The notes beneath the pieces are model-generated. The model was not told the origin of the DNA, searched no databases, and worked only from the letters and a program-made list of their open reading frames with translations. DNA of 64,000 nucleotides from Hyphochytrium catenoides. Taxonomy: Eukaryota > Protista > Hyphochytriomycota. Position 1 is the first letter of the stretch. Each line of letters opens with the position of its first letter. The DNA lies in assembly GCA_900088475.1 (NCBI GenBank), contig FLMG01002184.1, positions 62,974-126,973 of the forward strand, read 5' to 3'. Below, piece after piece: positions 37,901-48,843 of the stretch. Both the position numbers and the translations under genes were made by a program.

Positions 37901-40900
37901 TGACGAGTTCAATCGGATCCAGCTACCAGTACTGTCGGTGGTAGCACAGCAGGTGCTTGCCATTCAGAACGCCAAAAAGGCTGGCATGCCACAATTTCAG
38001 TTTCCTGGAGACCCCCAAAATATTGTTCTTAACCCTGTCTGCGGCTTCTTCATCACTATGAACCCCGGTTATGCGGGCAGACAGGAGCTACCAGAGAACC
38101 TTAAGGCATTGTTCAGAGGCGTCGCAATGATGGTCCCTGACTTCGAGATAATTATGAAGGTCAAGCTTTGTTCTGTGGGATATATGGAGTTCAGCATGCT
38201 GGCGAAAAAGTTCTACATCCTCTATAACACTTGCAAAGAACAGCTTTCGGCGCAGAAGCATTATGACTGGGGTTTGAGGAACATTCTTGCAGTGCTCAGA
38301 ACAGCAGGAAAGACGAAGCGAGATAACATCAACAGTCCAGAATCCGCTCTTCTTTATCAGACATTGAGAGACATGAACTTGTCCAAGTTAGTAGCGCAAG
38401 ATGTCCCTCTCTTTCTATCTCTCCTCTCTGACCTGTTCCCAACGGTATCTTCGCCTCCAAAGGGTTCTTACCCTGACGTGGAGCAGGCTCTAACACATTG
38501 TATTGAGGAGGCCGAACTGGTGCTGCATCCTTCATGGATGAATAAGATCATACAACTGTACGAGACTCAGCTTGTCCGCCACGGTATCATGTTAGTGGGC
38601 CCCACTGGTGGCGGCAAGTCCAAAATCTTCGAGATGCTGGGAAACACATTGAGTCGGGTAACAGGCACCACTCACAAGCAGGCCAGGCTTAATCCTAAGG
38701 CCATAAGGGCAGCTGAAATGTATGGCGAACTAGATCCCACTTCAGGAGAGTGGACATCAGGAGTTTTCGCTGCAATGTGGTCGAAGTTCAATAATAGGGC
38801 CAACAAGTTCATCACGTGGATCATTTGCGATGGCCCAGTGGACGCCATTTGGATTGAAGATCTCAACACCGTCTTGGACGATAACAAGATCTTAACCTTG
38901 GCCAATGGCGATAGAATGCCAATGACGGATAATGTAAAGCTCATGTTCGAGGTTGAGACCCTTGTGAATGCATCGCCTGCTACGGTCTCCCGAGCTGGCA
39001 TTGTGTTTGTCAGTGACACCGACCTAGACTGGGGCCCGGTAGTGGAGGGCTGGTGTCGCAAGCAGCCGAAGGAGTTTAATTCAATTTATGCAGAGCTCTT
39101 CCAGAGGTATCTGGGTGAATGCCATCCTCTCAGCATTGGTCACTGCATGGAGTATTTAACGAGAAACACACAGGAGGTAATGAAGCTTTCACGTGTTGGG
39201 AAGGCCTCAATGCTCTTCCATTTGTTGGAAGGGCTTATCAAAGGAGGCTTCTCCAGCAAATTGGCGATGAACTCTCCTGAAGTACTAGCCTGTCAGTTAG
39301 AGAAGTTATTCCAGTACTGCGTAGCGTGGGCTATGGGCGGCCTACTTGAGCAAGAGGACAGGAGTAAGTTTGATGAATGGATGAGAACCGTCGATCGTAA
39401 AGGGCTGATGCCAAAGGTGGACGCCGGAGAAAGCATTTTCGAGTATTTTGTCGACGATACCTTCGAGTGGAAGAAATGGAAGCCACCATCATGGACTTAT
39501 CCTAAAGGCGATACCCTGAACTTTTCAAGTCTATTGGTACCCACTATGGACTCTACACGCGCGATCTACCTCTGCCAAGCCATGCACCGCCTCCATAAGC
39601 CGACTTTGATGGTAGGGGGCTCAGGCACAGCAAAGACTTCCACGGCCCAGATGTTTTTTGCCAAGTTGGACCCGGAAACTACCCTCATCAAAAGCGTCAA
39701 CTTTTCGAACGCCACAACTCCGTTTATGTTTCAGACAGCAGTTGAGTCAGAGTTGGACAAGAGAGGGGGAAAGAGCTTCGGACCTCCCAACGGAAAGAAG
39801 ATGATGATTTTCCTAGATGATCTCAGCATGCCACTAGTCAACACATGGGGAGATCAACCCACTCTCGAGATGGCTCGGCTCATGATCGAATGGGGCGGCT
39901 TCTGTTTCCTGGACAAGGACAAGAGAGGTGATTTCAAGGTTTGCGAAGATCTTCTCTATCTCGGAGCCATGAACCACCCTGGAGGAGGAAGGAATGACAT
40001 CCCTAACCGGCTGAAGCGTCACTTCTTCTGCTTCAACATGGTGCTCCCGTCTATCACATCCATCGACGATATTTATGGGCAGATGTTAAAGGGAAGATTC
40101 CAGAGCTCAGAATTTAGTTCTAATTTTCTCAGTGTAATGACTTCTCTAACAAAGGTTACCATCGTCTTGTGGCGCAAGATCAAGCAAAAGATGCTTCCCA
40201 CTCCGGCGAAGTTCCACTACAATTTTAACATGCGCGACCTCAGCCGCGTCTTCCAGGGCATCCTTACCACTCCAAAGCAAACTATCCTCACGGGTGGGAT
40301 CAAGGTGGAGCGGAGGGAAATGCCGCCCATGATGCCTGAGGTCCTTCTTGTCAGGCTATGGCGGCACGAGTGCGACCGGGTCTTTGAGGACAAGCTGACC
40401 AACCACCAAGACAAAAACTGGTACAAGGATTACCTACACGGCCTCACTGCCGAGATGTTTTCCCCAGAGTATGCAGAAGCTACAAAAGAGGAAATGTATA
40501 TGGTAAACTTCCTCAGAGATCCCGTACCTGATGCTGATGGTGTTATTGAGGATAATGCACCGAAGGTTTATGAGCCTGGAGGAAGTATAGGTGACATCCG
40601 CCAGCGTGTAGAGATGTTCCTTACTAAGCACAACGAGGAGTTCCCTGCCAAGAAAATGGAGCTGGTCCTTTTCAAAGATGCACTGCGCCACCTTCTCCGC
40701 ATTTCTAGAATTATTGAGATGCCGAGAGGCAGTGCACTGCTTGTCGGAGTTGGTGGTTCTGGGAAGCAGTCACTCACAAAGCTAGCGTCGTACATGTCGC
40801 GATCGGTGGTCTTCCAAATCACTCTCACAAAGTCATACAACTTTGCCAGCTTTATGGAGGACCTCCGGACCCTATTCAAGGGAGCTGGGCACCAACGCAA

Positions 40901-43900
40901 GCAGATGACGTTTTTGTTCACTGACTCTCATATTAAGGACGAGAATTTCTTAGAACTTTTGAACTCAGTTCTGCTGACCGGAGAAGTCGCAGGTCTTTTT
41001 GCAAAAGATGAGATGATGGCAATGACTGCGGATATTCGGGCTAGCTTCATGAAAGAGCGACCTGGAATGGCTGACACCCAGGCTAACCTCAAGCAGTACT
41101 TTACAGACTGCGTTCGCGACAATCTCCATGTCGTCCTTTGCATGTCACCTCTCAACCCGAAGTTCCCAGAGAGAGGTAGAAAGTTTCCCGGCATCATTAA
41201 CGTGCCGACCATTGACTGGTTCTTGCCATGGCCAGAAGAGGCTCTGGTTGACGTCTCCCGTGGCTTCATTTCTGAGTTCCCCATGGACTGTGACACGCAA
41301 GCCCGTGATGGTCTCATCTCCCACATGGGAATGGTGCACAAAATGGTCACTGAGGTCTGCCAAGATTACTTTCTAAAAATGAGAAGGAATGTCTACCAAA
41401 CCCCCAAGTCCTATCTGTCCTTCATCCATAGCTACAAGACCATGTACACAGCCAAGCTGAAGGAAATCAATGAAAAGGAACAGCGTGTGAATCTGGGTCT
41501 CAAAAAGCTCATTGGCGGTGCAGAAGACGTGCGTGCTCTTAAGCTCATCCTGGCCGAGGAACAGAAGAAGCTTGAGGTTGCAACTGTGGAGACGAACAAC
41601 ATGCTTCGTAGTCTAGAGGTCAGCTCCAGCGAGGCCAAGAAGGAGGGAGATCAGGTCGCGACTATTAAAGCCCGATGTGAAGAAGATGCCAAACGCATCA
41701 AAAAAGAGAAGGAGGACTGCGAAGAAGACCTTGCCAAAGCCAGACCCTACGTCGTTGAGGCTGAGACCGCGATTGATTCCATTAAACCAGCACATATCGG
41801 CGAGATCAGGAAGCTTCCAAAGCCATCTGATATCATCAAGCTCGTCTTTGACGGTGTCCTGATCCTCTTCAAGGAACCCCTCAACCCTGTCAAGGCTACT
41901 AAGCTCAACGTCGCCAAGAAAGATGTTGACTTCGTTGAGCCGTCCTTCGTCCCTCATGCCCAGAAGATGTTGAATGACATAAATTTTCTGAACAAGGTAC
42001 AGAGCTTTGGCAAGTCCGAAAAGGACCTCATCAATGAAGAGACTATTGAGCTTCTCTTGCCTTATATGGAGCTTGAAGGATTCCTGCCGTCTGTGGCTAA
42101 GAATGCCTCTGCCGCAGCTGAAGGTTTATGCACATGGGTTAGGGCGATGAAGTTCTATCACGAAGCGTCTAAAATCGTGAAACCGAAGCTGGAAGCTCTT
42201 GCCATTGCGGAGTCACAAATGGAGGCTGCCAACAAGGCACTGGCTTCGGCCGAAGGTCGCCTTCAGAAGTGCAAGGCCAGACTTGGTGAGCTGCAGACTA
42301 TGTTTGACTCTCAAATGGCGGAAAAGCAGAGGATCGAAGATGGTGCGCAGGCACTAGCCAAAAAAATGGCTCAGGCCAGCGACCTCATCAATGGGCTCTC
42401 AGGAGAACGAGAGCGATGGACTGAAGATTCTAAGCACTTCGCTGACCTCAAGCAAAGGCTTGTAGGGGACTGTGCCTTGGCTTGTGCTTTTGTCTCATAC
42501 CTTGGTCCCTTTAACCAGGACTTTAGGATGCAATGCGTCAATGACAAGTTCACCGGGGATTGCCTTGCCAAAATGGTCCCTGTGACAAAGAACTTGGACA
42601 TCATCTCCTTCTTAGTGGATATTGGTACTATTGGTGATTGGAATATGGAAGGCCTTCCCACGGATCCTCTATCCATACAGAATGGTATATTGGTCACGCG
42701 CTCAAGCCGTTACCCTTTGCTCATAGATCCTCAGGGTCAGGCACTTAATTGGATCAAAAACAGAGAGGCTAAGCGGATGCCACAGTGGGGTACCACAACG
42801 CTCACTGCTCCGAAACTTAAGGACCAACTAGAGTTCTGCATGAGCGAGGGTAAGGCCCTCGTAGTAACTGGAGTAGAACAGGAAATTGACCCCATGCTAG
42901 ACCCAGTTTTGGAGAAACAGATCATCGTGAGGGGAGGGCGGATGTCGATCAACGTCTCGGATAAGAACATGGAACTGGATCCGGCGTTCACGATGTACTT
43001 CATTACCCGTTTGCCGAATCCTCATTTCTCTCCGGAGCTGCAGGCCAAAACAACCGTGGTAGACTTCACAGTGACGATGAAGGGCTTAGAAGAGCAACTT
43101 CTGGGCAGAGTGATCAGTAAAGAACAAAAGGCGCTGGAAGATCAGCTCAACCAGGTGCTTAGCGAGGTCAATGCCAACACCAAGGCTCTTTTGCAGCTAG
43201 ACGCTTCGCTGCTAGAAAGATTGACGTCGAATTCGGGAAATCTCCTGGAAGATGATGAGCTCATCGTCGTGCTCGCTAATACTAAAGCAAAGGCGGCAGA
43301 GGTGAAGGAAAAGCTTATTGCGGCTGACGAGACGAAGCTGAACATCAATGAAAAACGAGAGCAATTCCGTGCCGTCGCTGCCCGCGGATCTGTACTCTAT
43401 TTCTCTATTGTCGAGATGTCCCTTGTGAACTGCATGTACCAGACGTCCTTGGATCAGTTCCTGGCTCTATTCATGAAGTCAATGGAGATGGCTGAGCGGG
43501 CTACCCTGGCATCGAAGCGTGTTAACAACATCATTGACACCATGACTTATATCACCTACCGATACATTAATCGGGGTCTATACGAGAAGGGCAAACTCAC
43601 ATTCGTACTAATTGTCACCCTTAAGATCCTCATTGGAGCTAATCTGCTCACACAAACAGACCTTAACCTCTTCTTGCGAGGTGGAGCTGCCCTTGACATC
43701 AACTCTGTACGGAGAAAGCCCTTCAATTGGCTCAGTAACGAAGCATGGCTTAATGTTGTGGAGCTATCACAGAAATGTAAGTTCTTCGTCAACCTGCCAA
43801 ATGAGATGACTGCGAATGAAGGTATGTGGCGGAGATGGTACGAAGACAATGAACCTGAAGGCATGGCAATCCCGGACTACGAAGCTCGACTCTCGGACGT

Positions 43901-45911
43901 GGCGGACATAAGCTCCTTCTACAAGCTGCTTCTAGTTCGATCGTTGAGGATGGACAGAACCATTCTCATGGCAAAGCAGTTCATAAGAAACACTCCACAA
44001 ATGGGTCCGCGGTACGTGGAGCCTGTAACTGATACAATTGAGAGCATCTATGCCGAAATGGTAGCATCCACACCAGTCATTTTCCTGCTCTCGGTAGGAG
44101 CCGACCCAACCGATAGTATTGAACAGCTTGCTAGAAAGCAGAAGCGACCATCTCCGGCGGTAGTGTCTCTTGGGGAGGGCCAGGAGCCCGTTGCCATAAA
44201 GGCCATTAACGCCGCAGCGGTGAATGGAACATGGGTACTTCTACAGAACTGCGAGTTAGGCATCGGCCTTATGTGCCAAATGGAAGAGCTGCTCCTAAAG
44301 CTTCAGGATACCATAGATCCTGGGTTCCGACTATTTATGACCGCGCTGCCAACCAATGAGTTCCCGTTAGGGCTGCTTCAAATGGCGACCAAGGTGACAA
44401 ACGAGCCACCAGCAGGCCTTAAGGCAGGTTTGCTGCGTTCCTACACAGTTATGGTAGACCAAGACCGTCTGGAGCGTGTCGAGACGGTCCAATGGAAGCA
44501 ACTGGTGTTCAATCTGTGCTTCCTGCACTCTATTGTGCAGGAAAGGCGAAAGTTTGGTCCTTTGGGCTGGTCGATCCCTTACGAATACAATAGCGGTGAC
44601 CTATCGGCCTGCATCCAATTCCTTGAGAAGCACCTTTACAATGGTTCCATTTCTTGGCCCACGCTGCAATACATGGTCGCCGAGGTGCAGTATGGGGGTA
44701 AGATCACGGACAGTCTGGACAGACGACTCTTCAACCTTTACACTACTGCCTGGATGTCAGCCTTTGCGTGCCAGTCAGATTTCACATACAACCCGGCAAA
44801 GCCGCTCTTTCGTATCCCTGATGACTTCGTTTATAGAATACCGACATATGACTCCATTGACGACTATCGCAAATATCTTTCGGGATTCCCCGAGGTCGAC
44901 TCCCCGGAGATCTTTGGACTGCATCCAAATGCTGATTTAACCTTTAGAGTGAAGGAGGTGAATTCGCTGATGGACACACTGTCCGAGACGCAGCCGAAAG
45001 GCGGTGGAGGTGCTGGTGGTGCTAGCAGAGAGGACATAGTCTTCGCCAAAGCGACTGAGTTGCTTGAAAGATTGCCTGCGGACTACATTGAAGATGAGTA
45101 CAAGCAAAAGCTGCAGAAGCTTGGCGGTCTTACCATTCCGTTGAATATCTTCTTATATCAAGAAGTTGAACGCCTTCAAAGGGTTATTTCTAAGGTTAGA
45201 CAGATGCTCACGCAGATGCAAATGGCCATTCGGGGAGAAGTAGTAATGACGGAAGAGCTTCAAGGGGCTCTTAACGCAATCTACGATGCCAAAGTGCCAC
45301 CTTCATGGATCTTGACTGTGGCGGGGGACGAATTCTCTTGGATCTTGTCTACCTTAGGTCTTTGGTTCTCGTCGCTTCTGTCTAGAGACGAGCAAAACCG
45401 GAACTGGCTAAATAACGGCAGGCCCAACAGCTTCTGGCTAACAGGCTTCTTCAACCCACAAGGTATGCTAACCGCAATGAAACAAGAAGTCACAAGGAAG
45501 CATAAGAATCAGAGCTGGGCCTTGGACGATGTGGTGTACAGAACAGAAGTGACGAGCCACAGCCTGCCGGACTCGGTCCGTAGCCCACCCCAAGAAGGGA
45601 TCTATGTCCATGGGCTGTTCCTGGACGGAGGCGCTTGGAGTAAACATGACAACCACCTCGTAGAGTCTGAACCGAAGAGGCTTTTCCAGCTTCTGCCTGT
45701 GCTCCACGTGACAGGATATTTGAAGTCGGAAGAGGCCAAGGCGAAGAGAGAGATGTTTGGCAGCCAAGGACCGTATGAATGCCCATGTTACAAGTATCCA
45801 AAGAGAACGGACCGATATATGATCTTTATGGTTAATCTCGCATGTGGTCCTGACAAAAGCCCAAGCCACTGGGGTCTTAGAGGCGTGGCCTTGCTCTGCA
45901 ACACGGACTAG
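31970..45911 (+). CDS. Axonemal outer-arm dynein heavy chain, gamma type (DNAH5/DNAH8, Chlamydomonas ODA2 class); short 5' exons then one exon 32776-45911
   Basis: 4376-aa ORF; GPMTELEYW tail motif; P-loops GGAPAGPAGTGKTETVKD, GPTGGGKS, GGSGTAKT, GVGGSGKQSL; C-terminal HWGLRGVALLC. Confidence 0.95.
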
Positions 45912-46794
45912 TTTTCTTTTACATTTAGCTGTAGGAATAGTGGGTGTGAAGCGATAACAATAATGAGTCTCGTTGAACTAAAGAGTGCGCCTGTCACGTC
46001 ATTCTCTCATTCACCTTCCCAAGACATAGTCTAAGGTGGCCATTACCTAGCAATTGGCCCTTGACCCTAATGCTTAGGGCTAGCTAGACGCTGGAAGAAG
46101 TGAAACGACTAGATTCACGGGTCATTGTGGCAAAACTAGGTTACTTCGGCAAGTCCTCTAAGGAGGCCCCTTGGTGGTCCTAACCCAAATATACCTAGGA
46201 TGGTCTTCATTGCACAGAGGACGCCACCGACGCTTAGAACACTCCTGCATGGACGCCGAAGTTTGAGGCAAGCTTCTTATTCTCCTCAGTCGGGGCAATA
46301 AGCAGGCCGAGGGGCGAGGACTCAATAGAACTTCCTAGGGAAACCTGGTAGGTTCTAGCTCCCGCGAGAAGATAGAGAATGTCATAGAGGGTCAGTGAAG
46401 GACATGGAGGATGAGGTCTGGCAGGGCAATTCACAAGCAATTCTGTCGCAGCTCCAAGATGTGCAAGAACCTTACAGTGTCCCTTCAATGGTTAACTCTA
46501 CGGAAGGTTGGCTTTGCTGATGCTAGAAGATCAGTCTCTAACAAACCGTATGAGTTGTAATTGAACTCGTTGACGTTGGCGCTTGTGCTGTCCTTTAACC
46601 GTAAGAAAGGTCTCTAACGTCTGAAACAAGCCAGCCGCGAATAGAATCATGTCGTCGAAGTCTTCTGGACGGAGTAAGTTTCTCTCGCTCCAAAGCATAA
46701 AAGTGTGTCCACCCTTGTACTCTATGTTCATAATTTACTGCTAGACGCAACTTCACGATCTCATTCAGAAGCTCTCTGTAACTTTCCAAAGTCG

Positions 46795-47840
46795 GATTTT
46801 AAGAGAAGCCTCGTACATTTTGGGACCCCAAGCCCTTCGTGACACAAAGAAGAGAACTCTCTTTGTCCTTAACGAGACTACGTACACGAGTTGCTAGAAA
46901 GATTTATAACGATGAAGGACTGCAATCCAATGAAAAGAAAGATGGAACCACGACAACAGCTGTCTAAACAGATAATGAGGAGGATCTTGGCAGAGGTTTT
47001 ATCGCAGGGCAGAAGAAGGTCTTATTTCACGCAGTCACCGGTACAAGACCAGATATGGCGCATGCAGTGGGAGTGCTCAGCCGTCACCTCACTAATCTTA
47101 GCAAGACTCATTGGAAAACGGTCAAGCGTGTATTAAAGTACCTCAAAAGCACTGCTTGCCTTAGTATCTGTATCGGGGCATTGGACTTTGACGGACTAGG
47201 GCTCCTTGGACTAGGGCTCCTTGCTTATGCTGACGCTGATTAGGGCAACAGCTCTGGTGACCAGCCCTCCAACTCTGTTTATATCCTCAAGCTCTGTGGC
47301 GGACCCATCTCCTGGGAAAGCAAGAGAAAACCAACTGGGGCTCTATCAAACTGGCTCTAGCAACTACTTCTCAAGAAGACGGGCTCTATCAAATACTAAA
47401 GCAGATGGGACAAGACCCTATTTGGGTTCGTCAGCTGCTTGCCAATCTGGTTCTGAACAGCGCTCTTCCATTACATTTTCCACTACGTTGATGCAAGACA
47501 ATCGTGGAGCCATCGCGTACTTACTCAGACCACATTCTGGTCTTCGGCAGTAGAGAAGAGTACGTCGACGAAGCAGAAAGACATGGCGACAGCCAATGTC
47601 CTGCGCCTTGGGCTTCTCGGCAGTGAAACGGGGTCGCAGAGAAAAGCCGTCGGTTGAGGCCCTGGACGAGGCTCAACTATACCATGGTCCGGAGACGTAT
47701 CAGCAACAGCGCACCTCTACGAACTGGACAGGCGGTCCTTCCAAGCTTAAAAAGCTGCGAGCTTATGATCTGGCAACTGCCGAGTTTCTACTATCTTGTC
47801 ATCTGTCTTAGGGACATCAAGACAGGCAAGTGGTGACGGG
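46795..47840 (+). mobile_element. Degenerate Ty1/copia retrotransposon fragment (RT C-terminus and RNase H)
   Basis: EASYILG, YVHELLERF..MKDCNPM, RPDMAHAVGVLSR, HWKTVKRVLKYLKST, AYADAD*G, GGPISWESK, ALSNTKA, DNRGAI; stops and frameshifts throughout. Confidence 0.88.
47193..47222 (+). repeat. Perfect 15-nt tandem duplication GGACTAGGGCTCCTT inside the copia remnant
   Basis: Copies at 47193-47207 and 47208-47222. Confidence 0.9.
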
Positions 47841-48339
47841 AGGGGGTGGACTCTCTAATGGGGCGGTGTATGTAACCTCACTAAAGGCCTCACGACCCAT
47901 ACAGTCATAAATGGAGATAAAAGAAGCGATAGAGTGACCCATCGTAGCTGCAAACCTTTCTAATCACTACCGTAATGCCTCTCCCCGAGTGCCCTGGCTT
48001 TCCCATCACTATTTGAGAGGTAGTGCCAACAATAGCCAGGAGAGGTCAAGGGAGCAAACTCTGACAACATTTGTTTTCATGAGTAGGACGAAAGACAACA
48101 TCAAGCTTTATTGGTGCTCAACAGAGACAAGTTGGACGCAATGCTGCTGCAGCTGCGGCAAATGGTAGTTCTTCAGTCAATAAAGCAGTCATGACTCAGC
48201 CATCCTCTGGTTATTATGTTGGGAGTGGTCAACAAGGACAAGAGTGTCTTGGGTCGAGCCCCAGCCCAGCAGCAGCAGCAGAGCTGAGCTCGGCAGTCGT
48301 TGATGCAAAGGACATACTAACGGCGCTGCCGGTAACCGT

Positions 48340-48390
48340 TGCACAGTAGTACTGTACATGTGCCGCGTGCTGTACTGTGCACATCGTACA
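48340..48390. repeat. GTAC palindrome cluster with a 9-nt inverted repeat upstream of CSC1
   Basis: TGCACAGTA (48340-48348) and TACTGTGCA (48373-48381); four GTAC. Confidence 0.6.
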
Positions 48391-48843
48391 ACACAGATTG
48401 TATGCTGCTTCATGATGAGGACAAACGGGAAGAAAGATCGGGAGAAGGATCTTCTAGTTGAAGTGCGAATCAACGAAGGAAGTGTGTCTTTTGTTGACAC
48501 CAGACCTTCAGTTTCCTTAGGTGGGAGGTAGGTTTGAGTCAGAAGAACAAAGCAAGCAGAAAGGAGGCGCCGTCCTGTGTCACCCATGCTTCTGATCGCT
48601 TCTTCTATCCGCGTCGATTGCATACAGGTTCGCGGACGGTAAAGCTACCTACGAGCCACCACCGGGACGTCGTTGAGTCAACTCCTTTGGACCTCTACGG
48701 AAAAGCAGTTGCTCTTCCCGCTCCTGCAGCATTCAGCCTTGCCAATAGCTTATTCTGCTACAGAGAACACTAGATTACCAGGTTATATACGGGACGAAGA
48801 TATCGGGTATCGGCTGTGCAAAGCTGCTCCATTTGCCCTCGCC

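Noticed and set aside
32756-45869. Many antisense and alternative-frame ORFs over dynein (also over GCN2, PDH and HECT)
   Set aside because: Shadow ORFs expected from codon structure; no recognisable motifs
46234-46789. Minus-strand ORF fragments between dynein and the copia remnant
   Set aside because: No consistent splice model or recognisable homology
48011-48123. TTTGAGAGGTAG followed by TG...TCAACA as the copia PPT and 3' LTR
   Set aside because: Only about 100 nt and no matching second LTR seen in the window
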